Shown here: positions 7,832-17,258 of the stretch, one piece after another
Layout: each line of letters starts with the position of its first letter
Position numbering within the stretch: the stretch's first letter is position 1
Virus record (IMG/VR): IMGVR_UViG_3300037488_003551
Coordinates: 32,001-96,000 of that record
DNA: 64,000 bases
Strand: one strand, 5' to 3'
Origin: a virus
Notes under the pieces: generated by a model
Seen by the model: only the letters and a program-made list of their open reading frames with translations
The model's database searches: none
Told to the model about the DNA's origin: nothing
Made by a program: the position numbers and the translations under genes

Positions 7832-10402
7832 ATGAAAAAGTCAGCCCTTCAAATCGCAGATGCAGTAAGAGCCAAACCTGAAGAACCTAGCGCGTTACGG
7901 AGGGCTGCACCTTGGCTTACCGCGGCCGGGACTGGAGCTCTAGGGTATGGCCTTTTGCGCCGAAGGAGCTTCGCTCCTATTGGGACACAACTGCGGTCTC
8001 TCCAAGAAGCGGCAAAGAATAAGCCTTTTAGTATAGCGACTTCGGGTGGAACGCCTTGGGCACAAAAAATTCGCTCCATGATTATGGGTGCTCCTGTCCA
8101 TACGACCGGAGAAAAGGTGAAAGGAACGGTTCTTCATCACACACCAAACCCTAAAGGTGGGGGTGATATTAATATAAATGCGGGAAATATTACAGACGCT
8201 CTTCAAGACAAAGCTGTCTTTGATCGTGTTATGCGTGAAGGTGTTGGTGCGGGACCTGGAATGGCTTCTTCTCTCCCAAATACAATGCGTCTTGATGAAG
8301 CACTAAAACGCGTAGGAGGAGACCCAAAGCGCTTAAAAGAAATCTATCCAGATTTTATGTTAAAAGCCCGAAGCGAATCAATGGGAAGGGGTATTTTTAA
8401 ATCGTTAGATGACCCCGGCGTAAATGAAGCTATTCAAAATCCAAGTCAATTTATCTTCCAAGAGAAGATGCCCATAAAGAATGAGTTCCGCGTACATACT
8501 ATAGATAACGAGCCGTTTACGGCGACGCACCGTTTTATGCCCAATAAAACGTTACGTGGTTTATGGAATCGAGTGGCTGGTGGAGGAGGCGGAGCTTTCG
8601 TTCCTCTGGTGGGAAAGAGACGAAGAGCTCTCCATGATTTTATTAGGCAGAGCACGGCGCATCTAAAACCAGCGGACGGTAAAAGCCTCTCAGACGTAGG
8701 AGAGTCTATGCATGTTGCCTGGGACGTTGCGGAGCTTCCTGATGGCACGTTCAAGCTTATTGAAGCCAACCCTGTACCGGGTACTATGATGAACCCGGGT
8801 ATTGCACAAAAACTTCAAAAACAAATAACTGGAAGATGGTCTAGACCCGTTGCAGCTTTAGGAGGAACTGCTTTAGCAGGCACATCTGGAGTTGCCGCTA
8901 ATAAGATTTTAGGCGGTCCTTCAAACAATGTAGCGGAGACATCTCCTATGAAAAAAACAGCGGACCAAATCAGTTGGAGCGTTCTGTTAAAGGTCGCAGC
9001 CGGAGCGGAAGGTAATCCCGAAATATGGCGCAAAATGGTAGACCGTATCGCTAAAAGCAAAGGTATACCAAAACCTACTGATGCTCAATTCCAAGAGATG
9101 TTTCCTAAGGATTTTGCAACCTCGGGAAAAACATTAGAAGATGCCATACAAGGTTCTGCTTGGTTTAAGCAGGGCACTTCAAGTGGCATGGGAGCTCAAG
9201 GTAGCAATTGGAATCGGGGATCTAGCGGTGGCGCTTGGGGACCAGGAGCAGATGATGCAGTCGCTGCTACGGAAGCTGCGCGCCAAAGAGAGTTGATGGC
9301 TTTAAGTCTTGTGAGCGGCATGCATAATGTAATGGGTTTAGGCGCGGCTGGAAGTGGAATTGGTACGGCTGCTACTGGGATTCATAGCACAACACAGGCT
9401 AAAACTCCAGAGGAACGCGCAGCTGTTTTAGGCCTGAGTGGAGGACTCGCAGGTTATTCTGGAGGGTCTGCTTTCGATAATTTTAGAAAAGCAAAATTAT
9501 ATAAAGACCTTCAAAATGCTATGTCCAATCCTACTGGTCCGAATTATTCGCAACGAGTAACAGATATATCTAATAAAATTATGAGAAAGCCTAAAGCATT
9601 TTCTCCTCAGCGTATTGGCGGATTAGCAGGTGTTGGTCTGGGTCTAGGCGGAGCTGCACTTTGGAATTATTTAGCCAGAGATAAACCTATGAGTAAGGCA
9701 GCGGCTATTACACCAGAAGAAATAGCTACAGGTTTAAGCGGACGAGCTGCACGTCCAGAAATTACGCTAGCGGAAATCATGGAACTTCGTAACAAACTTC
9801 GCCAAGAAGAATATGCTAAGCGGAGAGGGACACCTATAAAGTGGGGTATAGGTGGTGGCTTATTAGGCGCTGCTATTGGCGCTCTTTCGAGTAGAAAAAA
9901 GGGCTTAGGTAAATTACCCAGAACTTTAATTGAGGCAGGATTAGGAGCCGGTTTAGGCGGCTTTTTAGGAGAAACAAGTCGCAGCTTGGACAGTGATGCG
10001 ATGCTAGACCGCGGAAATATTCTAGGAAGAATAGCTAGAACAGGAAACTTGAAGCTAGTAGCGGATTCAGAAAATGCAAAAGATTACGCTCCCTTCGCAA
10101 TTGGAAGTCAACCAGGCGCTAAACCCTTAACGGAAGAGGAGACACACGCTCTTCGTAATCAAGTGTTAAAACAACGAAGTTTAGGCGGCGCAGTTAGGGG
10201 TGCTCCTTTCGCAGCTCTATCCGGAATACTCGGCGCCGCTGCTAAAGCTCCTCCTGGGGCCATAGCAGAATCTATGGCTTTCCCGCTTTTAACTGGAACG
10301 TACCTCGGAGCAAATAGAGCAGTAGACCAATCAAATACGTTAGTAGATTTGCACAACAGGGGGTATGGCGACCTAGCACGCATCATCCAAAAAGATTGGT
10401 AG
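7832..10402 (+). CDS. Three-module cargo protein: leader + ATP-grasp (RimK-like) domain, leader + 'GNPEIWRKM' module, leader + 'AAITPEEIA' zipper module (856 aa)
   Basis: ATP-grasp motifs DKAVF, LPNT, FMLKARSESMGRGI, FIFQEKM, EFRVHTI, VAWDVA, LIEANPVPG. Internal leaders begin at ATG 8948 (MKKTADQISWSVLLKVA) and ATG 9689 (MSKAA). Confidence 0.8.
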   Translation: MKKSALQIADAVRAKPEEPSALRRAAPWLTAAGTGALGYGLLRRRSFAPIGTQLRSLQEAAKNKPFSIATSGGTPWAQKIRSMIMGAPVHTTGEKVKGTVLHHTPNPKGGGDININAGNITDALQDKAVFDRVMREGVGAGPGMASSLPNTMRLDEALKRVGGDPKRLKEIYPDFMLKARSESMGRGIFKSLDDPGVNEAIQNPSQFIFQEKMPIKNEFRVHTIDNEPFTATHRFMPNKTLRGLWNRVAGGGGGAFVPLVGKRRRALHDFIRQSTAHLKPADGKSLSDVGESMHVAWDVAELPDGTFKLIEANPVPGTMMNPGIAQKLQKQITGRWSRPVAALGGTALAGTSGVAANKILGGPSNNVAETSPMKKTADQISWSVLLKVAAGAEGNPEIWRKMVDRIAKSKGIPKPTDAQFQEMFPKDFATSGKTLEDAIQGSAWFKQGTSSGMGAQGSNWNRGSSGGAWGPGADDAVAATEAARQRELMALSLVSGMHNVMGLGAAGSGIGTAATGIHSTTQAKTPEERAAVLGLSGGLAGYSGGSAFDNFRKAKLYKDLQNAMSNPTGPNYSQRVTDISNKIMRKPKAFSPQRIGGLAGVGLGLGGAALWNYLARDKPMSKAAAITPEEIATGLSGRAARPEITLAEIMELRNKLRQEEYAKRRGTPIKWGIGGGLLGAAIGALSSRKKGLGKLPRTLIEAGLGAGLGGFLGETSRSLDSDAMLDRGNILGRIARTGNLKLVADSENAKDYAPFAIGSQPGAKPLTEEETHALRNQVLKQRSLGGAVRGAPFAALSGILGAAAKAPPGAIAESMAFPLLTGTYLGANRAVDQSNTLVDLHNRGYGDLARIIQKDW
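8948..9170 (+). repeat. Diverged duplicate of 10410-10630 (leader + GNPExWRKMVDRIAKSKG...EDAIQGSxWF)
   Basis: Near-identical peptide over about 73 aa; DNA differs mostly at synonymous positions. Confidence 0.85.
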
Positions 10403-10409
10403 AAAAGAT

Positions 10410-11408
10410 ATGTACAAAACTGCCGAACAGATCAGTTGGAATATCCTACTAAAAGCGGCTGCGAGTGAAGGTGGTAACCCTGAACTGTGGCGCAAGATGG
10501 TAGACCGTATAGCCAAAAGTAAGGGAATGCCAGCGCCTACTGACGCCGAGTTTGCAGAGATGTTTCCTCCTGATTTCGCGACTTCCAGTAAAACAATGGA
10601 AGACGCCATCCAGGGGTCCAAGTGGTTTAACAAGGCAAATGCAGGTCCATCTGCGTCCTCTCCGAGTTCTAATCCGTACGCGGATTACAATCCACGTTCG
10701 AGTTCAAGTTCGAGACAATACTCGTCTCCATTTGATGACTTTTTTTCAAGGTATAACCAGCAGGCAAGACAAAATTCGAATTGGTGGGATAAGACGTGGG
10801 ACGCAGAGAGTCAAGCACGAGCCGAAGCACGTAAAGCTGAGCAGCAAGCGAGTGACGCGCAATGGGAAGAAAGAAGACAGCGGCAAACTCGCGAGTCCGC
10901 AGACCGGGAAAAAGCATACCAAGAAAAACAAAAAGGTTATAGCCGCAGTACCTCGGCATCGACCGAGTCAAATAAGTACTATGACCAAGCTCGCGGTATG
11001 AAGAACCGTGCCGCCGCATATACGGCAGGGCTCCCAACTGCATTGGGTATGAGCGGATTAGCCATTGGAGCTGCGACTGAGGACAAAGATAAACGTAATG
11101 TAATTATGGGAGGTACAGGCGCAGGCGCAGGGGCCTCTATGGGATATGGAAGTGTCCTCGAAGAGAACGCTCGGCGGTTTAGGAATGCTATAAAACCTAT
11201 TCCTTTTTCTGTTGATGAAGGCTTTCAAGTTATGAAGCCTTACAATAAAATGAAAGCTACTCCCCATACAGTTATGGGTGGACTTCTTGGATTAGGTTTG
11301 GGTCTGGGTGGGTCTCACTTGATACAAAAAGCCTTCTATGACCAAAAGAAGACCCCTATGCGAAAAGCCGCTTCTGAAATTGCGGCATCGATTCTTAGAA
11401 ATTATTGA
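10410..11408 (+). CDS. Type-A leader protein with 'GNPELWRKM' module, Ser/charged linker, glycine zippers and a terminal orphan leader (MRKAASEIAASILRNY)
   Basis: Paralogous to the middle module of 7832-10402. Confidence 0.8.
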   Translation: MYKTAEQISWNILLKAAASEGGNPELWRKMVDRIAKSKGMPAPTDAEFAEMFPPDFATSSKTMEDAIQGSKWFNKANAGPSASSPSSNPYADYNPRSSSSSRQYSSPFDDFFSRYNQQARQNSNWWDKTWDAESQARAEARKAEQQASDAQWEERRQRQTRESADREKAYQEKQKGYSRSTSASTESNKYYDQARGMKNRAAAYTAGLPTALGMSGLAIGAATEDKDKRNVIMGGTGAGAGASMGYGSVLEENARRFRNAIKPIPFSVDEGFQVMKPYNKMKATPHTVMGGLLGLGLGLGGSHLIQKAFYDQKKTPMRKAASEIAASILRNY

Positions 11409-12823
11409 GTCGTATCTCTCTGTAGAAGTCGCATTAATTGATTATTCAAATCTTTTTTGTTCTTCGACATATCTGCTAATACATCTTCTACTCCAATTGG
11501 GTCCTTTTTTGTTATTCTCTGCCAAAGGTTGGCTTGTGGATGCGTGACGTATTGCTGGACAAGAACGTTACGCTTGTCCTCAGGTAAATCTGTGTGTGAA
11601 CCATGCCGAATCGCACGTCCAATAACCTGGTCGAGTTTTTCTTCATTCCAGTGAGGCTCTAAAACTTGGACCAGCCGCGTCCCTTTTAAGTCCAGACCTT
11701 CGCCACCTGCGGATGAGAGGAGCAAGGCCCGCAATTTCCCAGCGTTGTAATCGTCGATGGCAGCCTGGCGCTCTCCTTTTGGTACTGACCCCGTAAAAAG
11801 TTTGCTAGGAATTCCCTGCGATTCAAGTTGCTGCTGGTATTCGGATAGGTTGTTTAGATAATTGGAATATACGATGGCTTTGGAAGTAGGGTCAGACTTA
11901 ATACGCTTAGCTAGTTCTTGAACCGCGTACATTGTTTTGGGAGAGGCTTCGCCACGAACATACTTATTAGTGGAACCTGATATCTGTCTAGCCTGCGATT
12001 CAAATTTATTAAACGCTGAAAGTTCTTTCCCAGCAGGCAAAGCGCCATGCTCCAACTTTTTACGCAGACTTCGTGGAAGTGTTCCCCATGCGGCAGCGTG
12101 TAATCGCGTTTGCAGATCCGACATAGGAACGCGTACACGCTCGTCCATACGCGTTGGGAAATCCCCACTCGTATTGTCTTGATAATCTACCCACTTTTGG
12201 AGGACGCCCTTGAGCTCATCCGTATTTTTCAATACAGGCTTCATAGGCTTTCCTCGAAGGCGGTACCACCAACTTGGATTTCTTGGGGGTTTACTGATAT
12301 ATTTTTCGTTGAAAGTAGCTCCCACAGGAAGAACAGATTTACCTGCTGCGATGTTGACAAGCGGAGCTATATCGGAAGGCCTGTTATATACAGGCGTTGC
12401 AGTCAAAAGCATCCGTTTAGCCGCGGGATATTGCGCGAGAAGTTTATTAAGACCTGTAGATGTCTCGCGAGCTTTATGCGCTTCGTCTACAACTAAAAGG
12501 TCAGAGGGGATTGTTTCACCTGATAGCGCATCTCTCTGCTGACTTCGTACCTGGATATTATTAGGACCTTTGAGATGCTTGGCAATTTCCTTTTGGTAGT
12601 TGGGAACCAAAGATGCGGGAGCTAAGACGGTCGTATTTCCACTTTGTCCCGCAGCTGCCGCGAGGGAACTTAACGTTTTTCCTGTGCCTAACCCGTGTGC
12701 TACAACCAGCCCCGGCTGTTTTTTAAGACGGTCTACTACGCGCTGTTGATGCGGGAGTAACTGCGTTAAAACTTCCGCTGCAGTTTTATTGAATATTCCA
12801 GAAGGAATGGTCTTCGGTTTCAT
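11402..12823 (-). CDS. SNF2-family (SF2) helicase/translocase (473 aa)
   Basis: Q-motif LLPHQQ, Walker A HGLGTGKT, DEAH, LLTATP, GGEGLDL, EPHWN, QVIGRAIRHG. Confidence 0.9.
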   Translation of the reverse strand: MKPKTIPSGIFNKTAAEVLTQLLPHQQRVVDRLKKQPGLVVAHGLGTGKTLSSLAAAAGQSGNTTVLAPASLVPNYQKEIAKHLKGPNNIQVRSQQRDALSGETIPSDLLVVDEAHKARETSTGLNKLLAQYPAAKRMLLTATPVYNRPSDIAPLVNIAAGKSVLPVGATFNEKYISKPPRNPSWWYRLRGKPMKPVLKNTDELKGVLQKWVDYQDNTSGDFPTRMDERVRVPMSDLQTRLHAAAWGTLPRSLRKKLEHGALPAGKELSAFNKFESQARQISGSTNKYVRGEASPKTMYAVQELAKRIKSDPTSKAIVYSNYLNNLSEYQQQLESQGIPSKLFTGSVPKGERQAAIDDYNAGKLRALLLSSAGGEGLDLKGTRLVQVLEPHWNEEKLDQVIGRAIRHGSHTDLPEDKRNVLVQQYVTHPQANLWQRITKKDPIGVEDVLADMSKNKKDLNNQLMRLLQRDTTQ

Positions 12824-12837
12824 GTCCCAATTTTACT

Positions 12838-13098
12838 TCAACTGGGACCTTGGCTTCCCCCGTATCCGCTTTGAACTTTTGTCGCTTCAAAATTTCCATG
12901 CGTGTGCATGTACCCAGCCCTTTGCGCTTTACATCCGGGGTATGATGGAATGCAAACAGAACTCAACTTTGGGGCCACGAGGAAGACGGTGTGCATATCG
13001 CCTTTGCAGTCCGGACAGACAAAAGAAGCCGTATCGTTGTCGACGAGCTCCTCGAGCTTGTTGTTGCACGTGGAACATTCAAAGTCTTTCATCCGCAT
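12838..13098 (-). CDS. FmdB-like zinc-ribbon protein (86 aa)
   Basis: DFECSTCNNKLEEL...CPDCKG pattern typical of the FmdB family. Confidence 0.7.
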   Translation of the reverse strand: MRMKDFECSTCNNKLEELVDNDTASFVCPDCKGDMHTVFLVAPKLSSVCIPSYPGCKAQRAGYMHTHGNFEATKVQSGYGGSQGPS

Positions 13099-13157
13099 TT
13101 TCAGGCCTTCTTTCTGAATCTGAGTATGCTTATTATGTTACCTGTAGGAGGTCCACT

Positions 13158-13316
13158 ATGTCTATACTGCTCACCATTCTTCTCATCCTACTCATTCTCA
13201 GTATTTTTGGTGGGGCGTTGAGTGGTGGCCACATCAGCTGGTCTCCGATTGGAATTATTCTTTTAATCTTCCTCATTTTAATCCTCACTGGGAACGCGGG
13301 GCATCTCCGACTATGA
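13158..13316 (+). CDS. Small two-TM membrane protein, DUF3309-like (52 aa)
   Basis: AGGAGG then ATG 13158; MSILLTILLILLILSIFGG...WSPIGIILLIFLILILTG. Confidence 0.6.
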   Translation: MSILLTILLILLILSIFGGALSGGHISWSPIGIILLIFLILILTGNAGHLRL

Positions 13317-15161
13317 CGATGGCTGCAAGTCGTCTCCGAATGGTATCTCAGCTGCCACTGGAACGGTGCAAAGTTTTAAAGGCTGGAGATCTGCATCGAA
13401 CGTTGGGACTTCGATTTCGACCGTCGCATTCAAGTCGGCACCAAACGTCGCTTCTTCCAGGCCTTCGATAGCTTCTCCGAGCGAATCGACCAGAGACTCT
13501 ATCTCGGTACTCCCGCTGGCAAAGATAGCTCGGAGAAGAGCGGTAGAGGCCTGCACTCGAGCCTTCGGTCCACCGGCCATGAGAATGACGCCCATGACGT
13601 ACTCGTCGCCACGGTGGAACGGCGGGGCGTTGGGGAAGCCTTCTGCGAGGGAGTTTGCCAGGTCCGAGAGGAGGTACTGGTTCCCACCTCCACCTTCAAA
13701 CGCCCGTATGTAGACTCCGCCGAGCTTGTTCGGGAGCGCTAGGAGATTCGTTAGTGCCTGTATTTGTAGGAGAATATCCGATACGATTGTCTCGTACCTG
13801 AGAATCTCCGCTTTCAAGAACGCCACGTAGTCCTTGAGCATGTTCCCCGGAACTTCGAGCCTAGCGGCCAAGGCCTCGATGTATCCCGCGACCATCCGGA
13901 CGAGGTACGCAAAGGGCGGGAAGAGCTCGGCGACCGAGGGCGTCCGGACCCAATCCGGGGGAGTGCTATCGGGATACGTGGGGAAGGGGTAGACCTGAGC
14001 TTTATTGGAGATGTCCCAGTACTGGAGGGTTGTCCCTGCTCCAGCTACCCATCCTCCGCCTTCTGCCAGAATGTTCGACAGTCCGTCATACGCTTCAAGC
14101 TGCCAGGCGATAGCGAAGTGATAGAGGTCGCCGTCCGCCACAGGCAAGTCTCGCGCCACGTACGAATTCTCCCCAAGCTTGAATGGTGCCTCGCTCACCA
14201 CCCAAATATCCGTGCCGCGTTTGGTAGAAGAGGAGATGTCTCGCGTTCCAATGAGCTCTACAACGTTATTAGCTGTAGACGCTTGGATATTATTTCGAAT
14301 CGCAAAAATGGCTCGACGCCTTGGAATGAGAATCGTATTACCCAGGTCTGGAAGGGTTGCGAATGGGACATCCAAAGTGTCCCACTTCAAAAGCACACTC
14401 AGCTTTTTATCCTTGCCTGGTTTTGTGAGCGCGTAAGCCGTTAAGTTTTCCGGCTTGGGAACTTTTGTCTCGGTGGTCGACTTGAAAAGACTTCCGAACA
14501 TCCCTTTTAAGCGCCACATGTCGTCCAAGAATCCGAGAGGGTCGATATTCGTCCCGAGCATCATGACCAACCCACCAACCCAATCCGCATCACTCATGAA
14601 CTGAGGGCGATTACGGTCTCCCTTGTCTTGGAGTGACGCGGCCACCTGTCTATAAAACCCAGCATTGCCTCCGCTATAACGATTTACGTTGACGAGGAAC
14701 TTTCGATAGCTATCGGTCATAGGCTGGTCGGTCGGCGCCGGGGCGAAGAGCTTACTCGCAGGCGGGGTCAAATCCCCGAAGCCCGCGAAGGTCGTATTAA
14801 ACCTTTTGCCGTTTGGGATGAAGATAGTGTATAGGCCGGCATCCTCTAGGAGACCTTCTAGGAAAGCTTTTACCTGGTCAATAATCTTTTTGATAAGAGC
14901 TGCAGCCGCATCTTTCAATCCAATGATGAGATTGGCAATCACTTCAAGGAGGCTAACGACGGCATTCAGAACCTTACGTAACTCGTCAATAATATTAGCT
15001 ATTTTTTCGATAGGACCAAAGTCTGGAAGAGCAAGCTCGAGCTTTCCCCAAGCAGCCGTAGGAGTCCCGGGTTTGCTCTCCCAAAAAAGACTCTGTGACT
15101 TTTGGAGTTCGGCAGCTTGCTTGGCTTTCCAGGCATCAATTTTTTCTTGTTGCGTTGCCAT
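13311..15161 (-). CDS. Hypothetical 616-aa protein with helical ends and beta-rich middle; possibly baseplate/virion associated
   Basis: Long ORF with a possible internal repeat (GGNAGFYRQVAASLQD...V.GLVMMLG versus GGNQYLLSDLANSLAE...VMGVILMAG). Confidence 0.6.
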   Translation of the reverse strand: MATQQEKIDAWKAKQAAELQKSQSLFWESKPGTPTAAWGKLELALPDFGPIEKIANIIDELRKVLNAVVSLLEVIANLIIGLKDAAAALIKKIIDQVKAFLEGLLEDAGLYTIFIPNGKRFNTTFAGFGDLTPPASKLFAPAPTDQPMTDSYRKFLVNVNRYSGGNAGFYRQVAASLQDKGDRNRPQFMSDADWVGGLVMMLGTNIDPLGFLDDMWRLKGMFGSLFKSTTETKVPKPENLTAYALTKPGKDKKLSVLLKWDTLDVPFATLPDLGNTILIPRRRAIFAIRNNIQASTANNVVELIGTRDISSSTKRGTDIWVVSEAPFKLGENSYVARDLPVADGDLYHFAIAWQLEAYDGLSNILAEGGGWVAGAGTTLQYWDISNKAQVYPFPTYPDSTPPDWVRTPSVAELFPPFAYLVRMVAGYIEALAARLEVPGNMLKDYVAFLKAEILRYETIVSDILLQIQALTNLLALPNKLGGVYIRAFEGGGGNQYLLSDLANSLAEGFPNAPPFHRGDEYVMGVILMAGGPKARVQASTALLRAIFASGSTEIESLVDSLGEAIEGLEEATFGADLNATVEIEVPTFDADLQPLKLCTVPVAAEIPFGDDLQPSS

Positions 15162-15164
15162 GTT

Positions 15165-15794
15165 TTAGGCGTCCCCATAGATGATATCGTAATGGTCGGC
15201 AGGCGGGATAGGTTCCATTCCCGTACCTGTGCTTATTAGAGGACTCTGAGACATCGCAAGTTTTATTACGAAGTCGCAATCGTAAAGAACAAAGCGCCGC
15301 AGCTTTCGTATAGGCCAATCCACAATAGATTGTCGCATTGTATCCACGTAGGCGAGGAGCGCCTCATACACGTCGGACATCGGATGTGCGAGCGTCCAGA
15401 GTGCGTCGAATGCGCGTGGACGCAGGGCCAGTTTCAAATACGCACACTTCCAAAGGTCTGTGTAGGGCGATAAAAAAAGTGAAGAATTGGTGGTATAAAG
15501 ATATTGAGCCTCTCTATTCAAGCTTCGACAGAAGACGTAGATTGACGCTATGTCTTTGACCAGATTCTTTTTCGGTACCTCGAAGTCCTTGGCGTAAGCG
15601 ATATCTACGCGCATGACTCCTTCTGGGAGAATGGCCAGACTCGGATTCGTTCTCAAGATATGTGAGATACACAGTGAGCGCGGAACATCCGATTTGTATT
15701 GGTCAATGTATCCCCCGTAAATCGCCCCTACTTGTTTGTACGGAGCGACGTTGAGCTTGGCCATGTGGGCCGCGTCGTCGCGGAAGGTAGTCAT
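15165..15794 (-). CDS. Hypothetical protein (209 aa)
   Basis: Tightly packed in a minus-strand operon; SD GAGG. Confidence 0.7.
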   Translation of the reverse strand: MTTFRDDAAHMAKLNVAPYKQVGAIYGGYIDQYKSDVPRSLCISHILRTNPSLAILPEGVMRVDIAYAKDFEVPKKNLVKDIASIYVFCRSLNREAQYLYTTNSSLFLSPYTDLWKCAYLKLALRPRAFDALWTLAHPMSDVYEALLAYVDTMRQSIVDWPIRKLRRFVLYDCDFVIKLAMSQSPLISTGTGMEPIPPADHYDIIYGDA

Positions 15795-15796
15795 CT

Positions 15797-16054
15797 TTAG
15801 AAATCCTCACCTTTTGAGATGAAGTGTACTTTTGCTTTTTCGTTCGATAACGCTTCCCTAATCATAGGGGTCGTACGTACTACGTGTTCTTTATAGGCCT
15901 CCGTGAGTTTGTCCGCATCTTCAAATCCCTGTGCCTTCAGCTGCGCAGCGCCACGAGCCACCATTTGGTAGGTGACGAGGCGACCCAACCTCGCAGCTAT
16001 GATCCCTAATTTCTGTAGCCCTAATGGTGGGGCTATTCCGTTGACCCAGCTCAT
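15797..16054 (-). CDS. Hypothetical protein, probable leaderless start at ATG 16054 (85 aa)
   Basis: TGC-TACGCT-N6-ATG upstream, the same geometry as the spike gene start. Confidence 0.55.
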   Translation of the reverse strand: MSWVNGIAPPLGLQKLGIIAARLGRLVTYQMVARGAAQLKAQGFEDADKLTEAYKEHVVRTTPMIREALSNEKAKVHFISKGEDF

Positions 16055-16374
16055 GGAACGAGCGTAGCACAAATAGGAGCGGAAAAACATGTCGGAAAGG
16101 TGGAAAGAGGTTCTAGTGGAAGTTGGTAAGAAAGCACTAGTAGCCACTGCGGTTGTAGTTGTAGAGGAGTTAATCCGACGAAATGTTTCCACAGATTCAA
16201 ATGTAAAAACAAAACAAGAACCATCCACGAACACGAATACGAATGCGAATGAGCCGGCCTAAGCTCTAAATTAGGTTCCCCCAAGTACGAATGCTGAGCA
16301 GTTATCTTCTGCACTATCCGTCCACGTGACGTAAAAAGATGGGGGATTTCTATTCAAAAAATCAACCCATTTTG

Positions 16375-16382
16375 GGTACAAG
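16375..16382 (+). promoter_or_regulatory. GGTACAAG putative phage promoter (A-run-N13-16-GGTANAAG class)
   Basis: The motif recurs in intergenic positions at 19115, 21499, 23692, 26501, 30719(-), 30912, 34452, 34760, 51295. Confidence 0.65.
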
Positions 16383-16451
16383 AATACGAGATGAACAGTG
16401 GTTGTTCACACTCAATCCACCCCGTGCTGCAGCACGGGAAAGGAGTCCATC

Positions 16452-16619
16452 ATGTTTGGAAGAGTACTCGAAGTAGGTCTGGGCGTATTTGCAGGAGTCC
16501 TGGCGGCGAAAGGCGTGGAGAAGGGGATTGAGGCGGGAGTCGATGCGTTTAAGGGGTGGCGTAAGTCCGGGGCGGAAGCCCGAGAGGCCAAGAAGGAGGA
16601 AAAGAAAAAGAAGGAGTAG
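16452..16619 (+). CDS. Small single-TM peptide with Lys/Glu-rich tail (55 aa)
   Basis: AAGGAG-tccatc-ATG; VGLGVFAGVLAA; terminator follows. Confidence 0.7.
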   Translation: MFGRVLEVGLGVFAGVLAAKGVEKGIEAGVDAFKGWRKSGAEAREAKKEEKKKKE

Positions 16620-16645
16620 CAGAGTAAGTGGAACGAGTTCCGAAA

Positions 16646-16710
16646 CCCGCTGAGAGGGGAGACACCGGTCTCCTCTCTGAGCTCCTCCCCTCTGGGCGGG
16701 TTTCTTTTTA
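16646..16710 (+). terminator. Intrinsic terminator
   Basis: cccgc..gagggg / cccctc..gcggg stem followed by tttcttttt. Confidence 0.65.
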
Positions 16711-16741
16711 TTGATCCCACAACAAAGTACAGGAGGATTTG

Positions 16742-16918
16742 ATGAGTTGGCAGACTACGGCAAAAGAAATCGGTAAAGTTGTTTTAGAAGCCGCATTTAC
16801 CGCACTTATAAACGTAATTGTTATTCGTTTTGGTGACCAAAAACCAGTTAAGAAACTCACGCGAACTAAACGTAAACCACGACAACTACGGTCAGCTACC
16901 GTTAAAAAAACTGCATAA
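16742..16918 (+). CDS. Small hydrophobic/basic peptide (58 aa, MSWQTTAKEIG...KKTA); not in ORF track
   Basis: AGGAGG-N5-ATG; open to TAA 16916-16918. Confidence 0.65.
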   Translation: MSWQTTAKEIGKVVLEAAFTALINVIVIRFGDQKPVKKLTRTKRKPRQLRSATVKKTA

Positions 16919-16960
16919 CTCTATCCTCAAACCCCCGGAAGTACCGGGAAGGAGTCTATC

Positions 16961-17206
16961 ATGTGTACATGCGAAAAATGCAACCCAAAGCCAACCGAGT
17001 CAAATATCTGTACCAGTGAGCTTGCGGCAGAAGTGACGGCGGGAGTCATCGGTGGACTGCTAGCAGTTGCGGCTATCGGGGTAACGCTGTTCTTCGTGGG
17101 AAGGACGGTGCTAGCGGAAGTCCAGTACAGCGCCAAACAGAAGGGAAGGCGCGAGGTCCAGGACGAGGTTGAAAAAGAGAGCGCGAAAAACCCCAGCGCT
17201 TCCTGA
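16961..17206 (+). CDS. Small single-TM protein with N-terminal CxCxxC (81 aa)
   Basis: AAGGAG-tctatc-ATG; GVIGGLLAVAAIGVTLFFV. Confidence 0.7.
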   Translation: MCTCEKCNPKPTESNICTSELAAEVTAGVIGGLLAVAAIGVTLFFVGRTVLAEVQYSAKQKGRREVQDEVEKESAKNPSAS

Positions 17207-17214
17207 GGTGATTA

Positions 17215-17258
17215 GAGGAGCTCGTCTCAGCTACTTGCTGGGGCGGGCTTCTTTTTTG
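17215..17258 (+). terminator. Intrinsic terminator
   Basis: gaggagctcgtctcagc / gctggggcgggcttc followed by a T-run. Confidence 0.7.

Noticed and set aside
328-11408. Bacterial eCIS/T6SS/tailocin locus with toxin cargo
   Set aside because: Sheath, tube and spike sit in a continuous phage-like context (dozens of small ORFs, BRO-N, HNH) with no bacterial housekeeping genes, so a phage tail is more parsimonious.
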